A stretch of 64,000 nucleotides of DNA. It comes from Oligoflexales bacterium (GTDB taxonomy: Bacteria; Bdellovibrionota_B; Oligoflexia; Oligoflexales; JAPPIL01). A program made the position numbers and the translations under genes. The stretch spans positions 544,001 to 608,000 of the forward strand of contig OZ244057.1 in assembly GCA_965215515.1 (NCBI GenBank), in the 5' to 3' direction. A model generated the notes under the pieces. It was not told where the DNA came from. It saw only the letters and a list, made by a program, of their open reading frames with translations, and searched no databases. Below are positions 29,408-39,940 of the stretch, piece after piece. How positions within the stretch are numbered: position 1 is the stretch's first letter; every line of letters starts with the position of its first letter.

Positions 29408-31389
29408 CCTGGCAAAAACTGAGCGACTACTTGCGCGCGATGGTCATCGATGCTGTGCAAGAAGCGCAGAGCGGACATATCGGCGGGGCACTGTCGGCGA
29501 TGGACGTGGCCACCGTGTTGTTCGCGGACTATCTGCGCTACGATCCCGATGAGCCGCAGTGGCGATGGCGTGATCGCTTTATTTTGAGTGCAGGGCATCT
29601 GTCGATGTTGCTCTATGCCTTACATTACGCCATCGGTTACCTCAAACGAGAAGACCTGCACAACTTTCGCCAACTCCATTCTCGTACCCCTGGCCATCCT
29701 GAACAGCACTTCCCTGCGGTGGAATGCACGACGGGGCCGCTCGGTCAGGGGGCGGCGATGGCGGTGGGATTTGCCGTTGCCGCACTGCATCAGCGGGCGA
29801 AGTTCGGCGCGGAGCTGTGCGATCAGCAGATCGTCGCCCTGTTGGGTGATGGCTGCATGCAGGAGGGAGTTACTTTAGCGGCGGCTTCTTATGCGGGACA
29901 TCTTGCGCTGGCGAATTTGACTTGGCTTTACGACAAGAACAACCGCCAAATTTCAGGTGCCATCGAGCGTGTCACTTCCGACGATTATCCTAGAATTTTC
30001 GCTGGTTTCGGCTGGCAAGTGGTAAGTATCGACGGGCATAATTACGAGCAGATCGACGCTGCTTTGCGGTTAATCCGTCAGCCGCGTCGCCAGCCGCTGT
30101 TGGTTATCTGTAATACGGTGCTGAGCAAGGGCACGCATACGGTCGAGGGTGACCATCGTTATCACGGTGCACCTCTGCCCGCACGGGAAGCGCAGCTCAG
30201 CCGTAAGATGCTCGGTGTGGAGGGCGAGACGAAATTTTATTGGCCTGTGGCGGCACGAGATTTTTGGCGAAGCAAAATGTGTGTTCAGCGTGCGTGGGTG
30301 CGGAGAAAAAATGCGTGTTGGAGGGAAAAGCTGGCCGACAAGAACTTTGCCGCGGCTTGGCAACAGCATTATCGGGACGAAGTTGATTTCCGTGCTGTAC
30401 CGTATCTGGCTTGGTCGCAGAAAAAGCAGGCGACACGCAAGGCTTTCGGTATAATTTTGCGTCACTATGCTGCGTATTTGCCGACCTTGATGGGCGGTAG
30501 TGCTGACTTAGAACCGTCCAACATGACGGCGGAATTCAACACTTACGGCGGTGAGTTCAGTGCTGCGCAGCGTGCGGGTCGGGGTTTGGCTTTCGGTGTG
30601 CGGGAATTTCCCATGGCGGCTATCGTCAACGGCATGGCATTGTTCGGCGGTACGTTGCCTTTTGCTGCCACCTTTCTGTGTTTCTCCGACTATATGCGAC
30701 CTGCGCTGCGGTTGGCGGCGATGCAGCGTCTGCGGGTGATATATGAGTTCACTCACGACTCTTTCTTGGTCGGCGAAGACGGGCCAACTCACCAGCCTGT
30801 CGAGCATTTGGCGAGTTTGCGCGCGATTCCTGGCCTGCGTGTCGTCCGTCCCGCCGATGCCGAGGAGACGGAAGTGTTGTTCCGTCAGGCGGTGAATAGC
30901 TCCTTGCCTACTGTCTTTTGCTTGACGAGGCAAGACGTGCCATTGTTGTCACGCACCGCTGCCCAGCGTGCTGACATTGCTCGCGGTGCTTATGTGCTGG
31001 CAGGCGAGGAGGCACATGATTTGCTGTTCATCGCGACGGGTAGCGAAGTGGTACTAGCATTGCGGGTTGCCGCACGTCTTCGTGCACAGGGTTTACGTGC
31101 ACGTGTTGTCTCGATGCCTTGTCGTGAAATTTTTGCCCAGCAGGAACGTGCCTACCGTGCGCGGGTATTGCCTGCGACGCAACGTAAGCGGGTAGTCATC
31201 GAAGCGGGAATCGCACAGGGTTGGGAGGGTTATCGGGGCGATGCGGGGTTGTGTATCAGCATCGAGCAGTTCGGCAAAAGTGCTCCTGGGGAAGACCTTG
31301 CCGCCTACTTCGGCTTCACGGTCGATGCCGTCGTGACGCGAGTGCTGCAATTTTTCTTTCGAGAAAATAAACCGCACGGTGCAGTTTAA
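29398..31389 (+). CDS. tkt: transketolase
   Basis: SGHIG, TPGHPE, TTGPLGQG, GDGCMQEG, GVREF and GEDGPTHQP motifs. Confidence 0.96.
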   Translation: MSMTWQKLSDYLRAMVIDAVQEAQSGHIGGALSAMDVATVLFADYLRYDPDEPQWRWRDRFILSAGHLSMLLYALHYAIGYLKREDLHNFRQLHSRTPGHPEQHFPAVECTTGPLGQGAAMAVGFAVAALHQRAKFGAELCDQQIVALLGDGCMQEGVTLAAASYAGHLALANLTWLYDKNNRQISGAIERVTSDDYPRIFAGFGWQVVSIDGHNYEQIDAALRLIRQPRRQPLLVICNTVLSKGTHTVEGDHRYHGAPLPAREAQLSRKMLGVEGETKFYWPVAARDFWRSKMCVQRAWVRRKNACWREKLADKNFAAAWQQHYRDEVDFRAVPYLAWSQKKQATRKAFGIILRHYAAYLPTLMGGSADLEPSNMTAEFNTYGGEFSAAQRAGRGLAFGVREFPMAAIVNGMALFGGTLPFAATFLCFSDYMRPALRLAAMQRLRVIYEFTHDSFLVGEDGPTHQPVEHLASLRAIPGLRVVRPADAEETEVLFRQAVNSSLPTVFCLTRQDVPLLSRTAAQRADIARGAYVLAGEEAHDLLFIATGSEVVLALRVAARLRAQGLRARVVSMPCREIFAQQERAYRARVLPATQRKRVVIEAGIAQGWEGYRGDAGLCISIEQFGKSAPGEDLAAYFGFTVDAVVTRVLQFFFRENKPHGAV

Positions 31390-31491
31390 CCACATCCATT
31401 GTAGCCACTAACCTCTTGAAGTTCATACAGACAGAAAAAATCCTACTGCCAGGCGGTGAAAATGCCGATAGCGCTGCGCGGGGGGGGTGTA

Positions 31492-31977
31492 GTGAAGAAG
31501 TTTGGTAAGAAGTTGTTGTTTGGATTCAGCCTCGTCGAACTGATGGCCGCGGTCTCGATTGTCGCTGTCCTCGTCGCTCTCGCCCTACCGCGTTTCCGTG
31601 TTTTCTTGGCCCGCAGTCGCATGGCGGAGGCGAAGACTAACCTGGGTATTATTTACGGGCTCCAGCAGTCGTATAAAGCGGAATATGAGGCATTCGGTAC
31701 GATAGCGGGTGGTGGTATGGGGTGTGGAATAGCAAATGGCTGTCGGACTACAGCAGATGGCAGCAATGCGAAAAACGAACTCGGTTTTAGGGTTACCGAC
31801 TGTGGCGAGTTGCGCTACCTGTACACGAGCAGTATTTCTAATCTTAGCAACGCTAGAGCCAGCGGTGTTGGTAGATGCAAGATTTATCCCGATTGTGCTG
31901 AAGTGGATCAATGGAATATGAACGCAAACAGGGAGCTAGGTCACCCCACGAATGTCGTCAGGGCATGCGACGAGTAA
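31492..31977 (+). CDS. type IV pilin (prepilin-type N-terminal cleavage/methylation domain)
   Basis: G|FSLVELM..VSIVAVLVALALP, SRMAEAKTNL and a Cys-containing C-terminus; probable GTG start at 31492. Confidence 0.9.
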   Translation: MKKFGKKLLFGFSLVELMAAVSIVAVLVALALPRFRVFLARSRMAEAKTNLGIIYGLQQSYKAEYEAFGTIAGGGMGCGIANGCRTTADGSNAKNELGFRVTDCGELRYLYTSSISNLSNARASGVGRCKIYPDCAEVDQWNMNANRELGHPTNVVRACDE

Positions 31978-32150
31978 ACGAGTAAAGGTATATGGGTAAC
32001 ATTTTCATGTTACTGCTTGTAAGACTATGCCTTGAGAATATTACAACTTCGTTGAATACTGGCGTGTCCAGTCTTACATTACGGTTGTGTATTTATGGGT
32101 AAGTGTGTTAGGCGGGTAAAATCTGTTTGTTATTAAGGAACTGGGCTGCC

Positions 32151-33143
32151 ATGTATAAATTTCCTTTGATGGTAGTTGTTGTGTTGTTTGTCGCATCGCA
32201 GCTCGCGGCGGCGCAGGGAGGTGGGTTGGCGGGGCTGCGGACGGTTTTCCCCCGTCTGTTAGCTAGGATGCAGGCACAGGAGCTGGCCACGATGGAGATC
32301 GAGTTAGCTGCGGCTGCGTCTTTACGGCAGCTCGCGGTTGTGGTGGATGGTAGGGCGGTGTCGTCGCCGCAGCTCGGCAAGCCGCTGCCGCCTCTTGTGC
32401 AGGCGAGGATGATGTTACATGAGCGGGAAGCGTTGTTGGCTGTGTTGCGCAGCTCGCGTCATACTATCCGTACTTCTCTGCGTAGTATCGTCCGTCTCGC
32501 GGGTGAGGGTGAGGTCGTGGTGCGGCATGCTGGTGGTGCTACGCAGCAGGTTGTTCTGGAGAAGGCTAGTCTTTCTGCCGCGACGGATTTTTACACTCAA
32601 AACGTGCGGGAGTTGGTGGGGGAAGGGGTGTTTGTTATTGTCGGTAGCAAAGAGCCTCTGTCCATGCTCAGCCTCAGCGATTATCTCAAGGAGCATGGCA
32701 AGCATGTTGTTTCTTTGTTGATGCGAGTAGGGGAGCGGAAAAGAACGGGTCGTCGGGACATTGCCCGTGCCTTGCGTGAGCTGGGCAGCGCGGGCGACGG
32801 TGCTTATCTGCCTGAGCGGGGGCGTACTGCGGTGGTGGGCACAGATTTTGCGGTACGTACCACGGCGCGGGCTGAGCCTATCATCGACGCAGGGGAAGAA
32901 ACGGCACTGCTCGGGATCGAGACCAAGGCTGATATTTTTGAGTTTGCTGCACGTCTCGCGGCGACGAGGGGTGATGGCGAAGCGGTGCGGGCGAATTTGC
33001 GCAGTGTTCTTGCCCTCAACAACGATAGCGATCGTCTCACGATGACGATTGCTGTGCAAGACGGGGAGGTAGTTTTATTGAACGAAGCAAATTTGTTTGA
33101 GGTGCAGCGATTGTACTTACAAATTTTTGCTCCTACCGAGTGA
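32151..33143 (+). CDS. hypothetical secreted protein
   Basis: Signal-peptide-like MYKFPLMVVVVLFVASQLAAA followed by a long ORF. Confidence 0.6.
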   Translation: MYKFPLMVVVVLFVASQLAAAQGGGLAGLRTVFPRLLARMQAQELATMEIELAAAASLRQLAVVVDGRAVSSPQLGKPLPPLVQARMMLHEREALLAVLRSSRHTIRTSLRSIVRLAGEGEVVVRHAGGATQQVVLEKASLSAATDFYTQNVRELVGEGVFVIVGSKEPLSMLSLSDYLKEHGKHVVSLLMRVGERKRTGRRDIARALRELGSAGDGAYLPERGRTAVVGTDFAVRTTARAEPIIDAGEETALLGIETKADIFEFAARLAATRGDGEAVRANLRSVLALNNDSDRLTMTIAVQDGEVVLLNEANLFEVQRLYLQIFAPTE

Positions 33144-33273
33144 TCCAAACGAGAATGAGTTGCCGATTTTCAGGACGCATCGCTGCTCCGCCGATCCTAC
33201 TGAATTGACTTGATTTTTACGGGTGCTCGCGGTAGTTTCAGGGGAAGGTGATCGTTGCTCGGGAGCAGTAGGG

Positions 33274-33957
33274 ATGAGTGGTAAGGGAAAACCGCCAGTG
33301 CGGGAGGAGAGGCTCGATCGTTTCGAGGCGGCTTTAGCGGCCGAGCGCGAAGCGCGCGCCGCTGACCGCAAAGACTTCGAGGACAAGCGCAAGGCTGACC
33401 GCAAAGATTTCGAGGACAAGCGCAAGGCTGACCGCAAAGATTTCGAGGACAAGCGCAAGGCTGACCGCAGGGATTGGGCGGTGAAGATAGGCGAGATATC
33501 CAGCATGTGGGGACAGCTGGCTGAGTTTGTGATCAAGTCGGGTATTCTCGCGACCCTCGACGGTCACGCGGGTATCAGTGTCGATGATCTCGTTCCCAAC
33601 GTCGATGTGTATTGCCCCCAAGCGGGGGGCGAGGATGAATACGGCGAGATCGATATCGTTGCTAGCGGTGAACGTGACATCGTAGTCGTTGAAACCAAGG
33701 TAACCATGCACCACGATGATATCGGTAGATTTGTGGACAAGTACCTACGCAATTTCCCGCGTTGGAAACCTTGCTCGCAATATATTCTTCTCCCCGCTTG
33801 CCGCGGCAAGCGGGTCTTTGGTTGTTTGGCCTATGCGAAAGCGAACGCGAGTGTTGAGAAGACGGCGGTTAAGGCGGGGTTGATCACTGTGCATGTTTTT
33901 GGCGACAGCAGCAAGCTAGCCCACCCCGACACCGAACTGACCGACTTCCATCTTTAG
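33274..33957 (+). CDS. coiled-coil repeat + PD-(D/E)XK nuclease-like protein
   Basis: WGQLAE and EIDIV...VVETK motifs after a charged repeat. Confidence 0.7.
   Translation: MSGKGKPPVREERLDRFEAALAAEREARAADRKDFEDKRKADRKDFEDKRKADRKDFEDKRKADRRDWAVKIGEISSMWGQLAEFVIKSGILATLDGHAGISVDDLVPNVDVYCPQAGGEDEYGEIDIVASGERDIVVVETKVTMHHDDIGRFVDKYLRNFPRWKPCSQYILLPACRGKRVFGCLAYAKANASVEKTAVKAGLITVHVFGDSSKLAHPDTELTDFHL
33361..33469. repeat. 33-bp in-frame tandem repeat (x3.3) encoding ADRKDFEDKRK
   Basis: gctgaccgcaaaga(c/t)ttcgaggacaagcgcaag units. Confidence 0.93.
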
Positions 33958-33986
33958 ACCTTGTATCCCTTCGGAAGGTCACTCAC

Positions 33987-34943
33987 ATGTATTTTGAACA
34001 CCTGATCGCCAAGCGACAGCAGGATTATCTTGCTCCTTCTGTTGCGTTGCACGGGGTGCGCCAGCGGGCGATTGCAATCCTCAAACAGCAGTGGGTGCGT
34101 TACCGAGCGATCTTTGCTACGCCTGCACATCTCGCACAACATGTAAACTTTCGCGGTGATGCCGTTACTATCGGGGCGGCGGAAGAACTGGGCACTGCGG
34201 CACAGCGTACGTTACGGCAACATTGCCAGGCCTTCAAGCCGTGGAAAAAGGGCCCTTGGTCGTTGTTTGGTATCGACATCGATGCGGAATGGCGCAGTGA
34301 TTGGAAATGGCAGCGGCTGGCGAAGAAACTTAACGGTGTGCAAAATAAAAAAATCGCCGACATCGGTTGCCACAACGGTTATTTTATGTTTCGTCTCGCC
34401 GCACAAAACCCCTCTCTCGTGGTGGGGTTTGAGCCTAATGCACGTTGTTATTTTAATTTTCATTTCTTGCAACGCTATGCTCAAGTGGCAAACCTCTACT
34501 TCGAGCCGTTCGGTGTTGAACATCTCCAGCATTATCCTGTCTTTTTCGATCTTGTCCTCTGTCTCGGCATTCTTTATCATCATACTGATCCTGTTGCGAT
34601 TTTGCGCCGCATTCATCACAGTCTTGTTGCGGGCGGGCGTGTGTTGATCGATTGTCAGGGGATCAACAGTTCTGCACCTATGTTGCTCTTGCCTGCGCGG
34701 CGTTATGCGGGGGCGGCGGGTATATGGTATTTACCTTCCCCGACAGCTTTACGGCATTGGCTGCAACGCAGTAATTTTCGCCGTATCAACTTTTTTTACG
34801 AAGACTATCTCTCCGCGGCTGAACAGCGCCGTACTGCCTGGGCTGATATCGCTAGTCTTGCTGACTTTGTCTGCCACGAGACACACACTACGGTGGAAGG
34901 TTACCCCGCACCGTGGCGGATGTATGTGGAGGCGTACAAGTGA
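33987..34943 (+). CDS. cmoB: tRNA U34 carboxymethyltransferase CmoB
   Basis: PWKKGP, IDAEWRSDWKW, DIGCHNGY, GILYH and T.EGYPAP motifs. Confidence 0.93.
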   Translation: MYFEHLIAKRQQDYLAPSVALHGVRQRAIAILKQQWVRYRAIFATPAHLAQHVNFRGDAVTIGAAEELGTAAQRTLRQHCQAFKPWKKGPWSLFGIDIDAEWRSDWKWQRLAKKLNGVQNKKIADIGCHNGYFMFRLAAQNPSLVVGFEPNARCYFNFHFLQRYAQVANLYFEPFGVEHLQHYPVFFDLVLCLGILYHHTDPVAILRRIHHSLVAGGRVLIDCQGINSSAPMLLLPARRYAGAAGIWYLPSPTALRHWLQRSNFRRINFFYEDYLSAAEQRRTAWADIASLADFVCHETHTTVEGYPAPWRMYVEAYK

Positions 34944-35059
34944 CTTTCGTTAGCTGTGTTTTATCCTGAGTTCCGCAGGTAAATTTCCCAACATACTGTA
35001 ATTACAGGGATGTGCTTCCTGTGTAGGGCACTACATGTGCGCAAGTTTTGCGCAGTAGT

Positions 35060-35500
35060 TTAGAGCTTAAAGGGTGCAGAGGAGCATTTCAGTCCGACGA
35101 TGCGGTAGAGGTTTTCGGCCCGCGGGGAGGCTTTTATGTTAGGCATGCCGTACAGCTCTCCTGTCTTGATATGCCGCAACAGGGTAAATCTTGTCCGCCT
35201 GAGCGTGTCGCACAAATTCTCATAGCTGATCGTCTCGCCTTGCCGCATCCTGTAACGACACATTAACTGACGGACAAGGGCATAGGTGGTGGTAATCAAG
35301 GCCACCACCACCTGTGTTTCCTTTTCTTGTATTATTGCATTCAAGAGATGCCAACCTGTCACTGTCATAAACGCGTAGGGCGTTGCCATTGGTGCTGATC
35401 CTTGTTCAATATAGAAAGGCTCTCCAAAATCAGCAAAGTAACCTCTCAGTTCATCTTCCGTATCAGATGGCAACTTCGGCAGTGGAAATGCCTTTAACAT
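35060..35500 (-). CDS. hypothetical protein or fragment
   Basis: 146-aa ORF with no recognised motif. Confidence 0.35.
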   Translation of the reverse strand: MLKAFPLPKLPSDTEDELRGYFADFGEPFYIEQGSAPMATPYAFMTVTGWHLLNAIIQEKETQVVVALITTTYALVRQLMCRYRMRQGETISYENLCDTLRRTRFTLLRHIKTGELYGMPNIKASPRAENLYRIVGLKCSSAPFKL

Positions 35501-35699
35501 ACTAAGTTTAAGCGAGTGTCCAAACCTTTGTTAGGCTTCAGTTGATTTGTTGCCGCTGTAGACAGGGAAAATGGGTGCAACGCGTATACCAGAGGCATTT
35601 GCTCTTCTTTATTCAGTGGTGATGGTTGTAACTTACGTCTTGGCGAACGAACAACGATCTTGGCAGGCATCCTGCTGCGGATGTTGATGATAAGCTTTG

Positions 35700-36764
35700 T
35701 CATCTTTGCCATCGGCTTACTCACGCTTTGTCTACTGCTATGCCAAAGCTGAGTTAACGGTGCATGCCTACTGGAATCGTCCGTTCCCCATGCCTGTCGA
35801 TATTACTGAAATCTGGAAAACTTTTTACTATGCCTTTGAGACCGATAACATGTCTCGCTGGCGTGAAGTGCTTGCCATGCGTGTCCCGCTACGCATCGGC
35901 TCGATGTCCGATTCTTTTATGTTTATAGATAAGAAATACCAAGTCACACAAGAACTGCTCAAAATTATCAACTACTACGATTATCCTTATATCATCTTTA
36001 CGCGTTCCGATTTGATTGCCCACGATGAATATATGTAGTTGCTACGTGCTGATCTTTGTTCAATACAGATGAGTATTGCTTCGATTGACGATACCATGAA
36101 CCGCCTGATAGAGCCAGGTGCACCTAGCGCTAAGCGGCGACTGCTAGCTTTACAAAAACTGGTGCGTAGTGGCTTTTGGACGACAGCAAGGCTTAACCCC
36201 TTCTTCCCTATCTATCCCGATGGTTATTTCACTGATCCTAACTTTGATCGTAACAATATGCCTGCACCCTTCCACTATTCCAGTTTTGACATAGTAGATG
36301 CTGTTGCTGAACACGGCGTGCCAGCGATTTTAGCGGGTATTGTCAGACTTTCGAGTTTTTCTCTCAATCAAATAGAAAAGGCTAGCGGGCGAAATTTGCG
36401 AGAATTTTACCGCGACGATACTAAAAAGACGGCGATCTTCACCGAGAAAAAATCGCGTGACTTTCACTATAGCGATGCCGAGATCAGAGCCTACTATGAG
36501 CGTATCCATGCCAAGTGTGTGCAAAGAGGCATGCAATTCACCACCTGCTACATCGGTAATGGTGAGAATCATTTTTGGCAAGACCAAGACCTGTGGTCTA
36601 ATAAGAAAGACTGCTGCAATGCCATCGACCGCGTTGAAAAATTTGCTAAAACCAAAACCGCGCGTGATATAACTTGGGATGTAAGGATGAAACACACTAA
36701 CAACAAGTGCCTCAAGCCTTACGACAAAAGCACTTTGCATCGCCCCCTCAACCATCATGACTAA
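35700..36764 (+). pseudogene. radical SAM protein (spore photoproduct lyase-like), disrupted
   Basis: Partial ...VYCYAK motif, RIGSMSDSF, IFTRSD and IEPGAPS..RRL; in-frame TAG at 36036-36038 and a damaged N-terminus. Confidence 0.7.
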
Positions 36765-37143
36765 AAAAACCTACACAGGTATCAACATTCAATGGCCTAT
36801 CTCCAGAGAAATTCTTGCAGGCAGAAAAACCATCGAAACCCGCATCTACCCTATCCCACCACACTATCTTAACAAAGACATGCTACTAATCGAGACCCAT
36901 GGTTGCACAGGTAAATTCAAGTCTCGTATTACTGCTATCATCAAATTTACCAAGTGCTTCAAATACAAAGATCCTAAGTTATTCTATGCCGATTACCCCC
37001 GACACCGTGTAGATAAAAACTCCCCCTGGGCATGGGACAAACCGAAGTGGGGGTGGTATGTCGAAGTTGTTAGAGTTATCGACCCACCCGTTACTTTTTT
37101 GGGCAAGAAAGGTATTGTTTACACTAAGAATATTTTGGTTTGA
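36757..37143 (+). CDS. ASCH domain protein
   Basis: INIQWPISREILAGRKTIETR matches the ASCH GxKxxExR signature; overlaps the rSAM stop. Confidence 0.8.
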   Translation: MTKKTYTGINIQWPISREILAGRKTIETRIYPIPPHYLNKDMLLIETHGCTGKFKSRITAIIKFTKCFKYKDPKLFYADYPRHRVDKNSPWAWDKPKWGWYVEVVRVIDPPVTFLGKKGIVYTKNILV

Positions 37144-37167
37144 GGCTTTTACCATCACAGGCTAATA

Positions 37168-37790
37168 TCAAGCACCTTTATTCGCCCAGCCGTCAATGCC
37201 ACCATCATCGGATTTCTTCGGGTTGCACTCCCAGCCCATAAACCCACAGATTTTTTCGGCAAAGGTGTGACCACCCATTTCTAGCCACTCCGTTTTGGTG
37301 CGAGGAACGTTAAGCAAGTCAAATTCCGGTGTATCAGTTATTTTGCTGAGCCTATCACTGATAACCCGCACGGCCACAGGTGATACATCGCCCACAATAA
37401 ATTTTCTGTTGAGTTTAGCTGCCACAGCTGCTGTAGTCCCCCCACCACCAAAGCAGTCAAGCACTATGTCACCTTCATTAGTTGAGCATTTGATGATACG
37501 CTCAAATAGATGAATCAATTTAACTCTTTTTTCCATCCATTCTATGTAGGTAAGAATCTCACCTCTCCAGCGATCTTCAGAAGAGCGACGTTCGTAGCCA
37601 TTGCCCCAAATAATTTCATAGTTTTTGTTTGAGAAAAAAGGCGGGTCAATGTAACACACATCAACCGATGCGGGCGGTATATCCTCAAGCCAATCTATAC
37701 AATCTCCACAGATAACATAGTTCTGCTTTGCGTCTATCTTTAATCTTTTCTTTGTTGGAAAATCAACAATGTTTTTTCTATGTTGCTCTT
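37168..37790 (-). pseudogene. amino-DNA methyltransferase / restriction endonuclease fusion remnant
   Basis: CGDC, YIDPPF and VLDCFGGGGTT motifs with the middle region missing, truncated just after DGGIDG. Confidence 0.78.
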
Positions 37791-38008
37791 TCCTTAACGA
37801 AATGTCCGCACCCCCCTACAAGGGTGTGGACGCAAATTGCATATCGGATTGGATGGTGGAGAATGAAGGTGTATACCCTTGGATTCCTTCTCCACTTGGC
37901 GGAAGACTGGGCGAAGGATTTGCTAGTTATTTTAGAAAGTTGCCGTAACACTTCGGCATGTGAAAATCAGGGCAAATCCAAGCTACAGCAGTAACTAGCT
38001 CTTTAAGC

Positions 38009-38776
38009 GTGCGAAACCAGTGGAGACGATGCGTGAGCAAGAAGAGTTTTTTGATACTGGAATGGGGACAGGGGGAAATTCACACATCGGCGTGGTTTCA
38101 AAAACGGAAAATCGGCCGCCCTCTTATCCACAAGTATTTGGCTACTGGTCTGTTACAACGGCTGGGGGGTGGAGCTTACCTCAAAGCTGGCGATCATCTC
38201 GATTGGCAAGCCGCCCTCTATGCCGCCCAAAATGAACTAAAGCTTCCCATGCATGTTGGCGGTCGCAGTGCACTTGAGCTGTTAGGAGTGAGCCATTACC
38301 TGAATATGGGCAACAGACCTGCGGTATTTTTAATCGCAACGAGACGCTTTAGAATGCCTATCTGGATAAGAACAAACGACTGGGGAGTTGATCTTCGCGT
38401 CAGAACTTCCAGTATGTTCAAAGATGACATAGGCATCGAGATCTTGAAAAGGTCTAATTTTGCTTTAAAGATTTCTTCCCGTGAGCGGGCAATTATGGAA
38501 GTCATCGACACAGTAGATTTGAGCCATTTATTTGAGGAGATAGAACAGTATGCCGAGAATCTTTTAAACATTAGATCGAGCTTGACACAGAAATTGCTTG
38601 AGAAATGCGCATCTATCAGAACTAAACGTGTATTTCTTTACATAGCAAGCAAGATGAATTTACCTGTGGTTAAAAAACTACATATCGACAAGATAAATTT
38701 AGGCAGAGGCGACAGAACTATTGCTTTAAACGGAAAGTTTGACAAAAAATTTGCTATCACAGTGCCTGCTGAATAG
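38009..38776 (+). CDS. abiEi: type IV TA AbiEi-family antitoxin / transcriptional regulator
   Basis: TSAW, LGGGAY, HVGGRSALELLG.SHY, SSRERAIME and LLEKC.SIRTKRVF motifs. Confidence 0.85.
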   Translation: MRNQWRRCVSKKSFLILEWGQGEIHTSAWFQKRKIGRPLIHKYLATGLLQRLGGGAYLKAGDHLDWQAALYAAQNELKLPMHVGGRSALELLGVSHYLNMGNRPAVFLIATRRFRMPIWIRTNDWGVDLRVRTSSMFKDDIGIEILKRSNFALKISSRERAIMEVIDTVDLSHLFEEIEQYAENLLNIRSSLTQKLLEKCASIRTKRVFLYIASKMNLPVVKKLHIDKINLGRGDRTIALNGKFDKKFAITVPAE

Positions 38777-38788
38777 GAAAATAGCCGT

Positions 38789-38914
38789 ATGGAAGACAGA
38801 TATGTCGAACAGTTTGAACTTCTCCTTGATGTTCTTCCCGTTGTAATGTTGGAAGAGAGGTTCGCCCTGAAGGTTGTCATTTCATCCGCGAGGTTGTCTT
38901 TTTCTCGCTCTTAG
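38789..38914 (+). pseudogene. abiEii: AbiEii nucleotidyltransferase toxin, 5' remnant only
   Basis: MEDRYVEQFELLLDVLP...FALK breaks off just before the expected GGTA motif. Confidence 0.7.
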
Positions 38915-38953
38915 TGGGGGGAAGTTTTTTCAATTTCATCATGGAGGTGCACC

Positions 38954-39781
38954 ATGTCAGTTGTTTTTGCAGTCGATAGGCAAGCCAAACACCCAAGTTT
39001 GCGGATGAGTGATTATTTTGCCAGAGACAGGGTATTCACACGTGTTGTGTTGGGTGAGCGTGATTGGCGGATAATGCGGTTGTTGTTTGAGAACAAGATC
39101 GTTAGCAGGGAGCAGATAGGTAACCAGTTCTTTCCCAATGTCTGCAAAGATACGGTGAACAGGAGATTGCGCAAGATTGCAGGGTTAGGCTTGATCAAAA
39201 AAACTACGGTGTATGTCGGACGCAGGGCAATTTCGGGCTACTCGCTGACACTACGCGGCCTTACCAAAATTACACCAACATTGCCTTACGAAGTAAAAAC
39301 CAAAGCTACACGCAGTGAATGTCCTCTGCATGACATCGCCCTGAACGATATTCGCAAGGTATTTGAAGCTAAAGACAAAGTGCAAAGCTACTACACCGAA
39401 AATATCCTGCAAACTCGTATATATTTCAAAAACAATGAGTGGTTCAAGCCATTCGTTGAACTGAACAGTGATGCGATGACCGAAGTAGATTCAAAAGTTG
39501 GCACGTTGTATTTGGCTATCGAATTCGACCTGACGCACAAAAGCCATCGCAGCTATAGGCGCAAGCTCTATGCCTATTATCGCCAACAAAAGATTGATGA
39601 AGTGCTCTACATCTGTGCGAACAGATACATTTTACACACCATACTGAAGCTAGATGCGGAGGCAGCAGAACGCCATCACTGTCACCCTAGATTGTATTTT
39701 GCTTTATTCGATGATGTCACTGGCAAGCATGATGAATTGCGTTTCACAAATGCGAACAAGCGCATTTTCTGTGTGCGTTAG
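38954..39781 (+). CDS. replication-relaxation family protein (wHTH + nuclease-like)
   Basis: LGERDWRIM...RRLRKI, HDI, SDA...AIEFDLT.KS...Y..K motifs; SD ggaggt. Confidence 0.7.
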   Translation: MSVVFAVDRQAKHPSLRMSDYFARDRVFTRVVLGERDWRIMRLLFENKIVSREQIGNQFFPNVCKDTVNRRLRKIAGLGLIKKTTVYVGRRAISGYSLTLRGLTKITPTLPYEVKTKATRSECPLHDIALNDIRKVFEAKDKVQSYYTENILQTRIYFKNNEWFKPFVELNSDAMTEVDSKVGTLYLAIEFDLTHKSHRSYRRKLYAYYRQQKIDEVLYICANRYILHTILKLDAEAAERHHCHPRLYFALFDDVTGKHDELRFTNANKRIFCVR

Positions 39782-39940
39782 GGGCATGTAGGGTGCTCTT
39801 TGCTCCTGATGCCGAGATGATGTCGGGGTAAGCAGGCAAATCGAGATAACTTATTGATGTTACGTTATTTTTAGCGATGATATTTTCTCAGTCAAGAGAG
39901 CTACCACCATTATGTTTATTTTCACTTAAAATGAGGAACA

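Noticed and set aside
31480..31487. G8 tract before the pilin as a phase-variation switch
   Set aside because: Lies upstream of the likely GTG start (31492), probably serves as the SD, and is short
36036..36038. In-frame TAG as pyrrolysine or recoded stop
   Set aside because: TAG ends normal genes here (e.g. rpmB), and the gene has other lesions consistent with pseudogenisation
35700..36764. Radical SAM as the maturase for the 68-aa peptide
   Set aside because: SPL-like rather than SPASM-type, disrupted, and about 20 kb away from the operon
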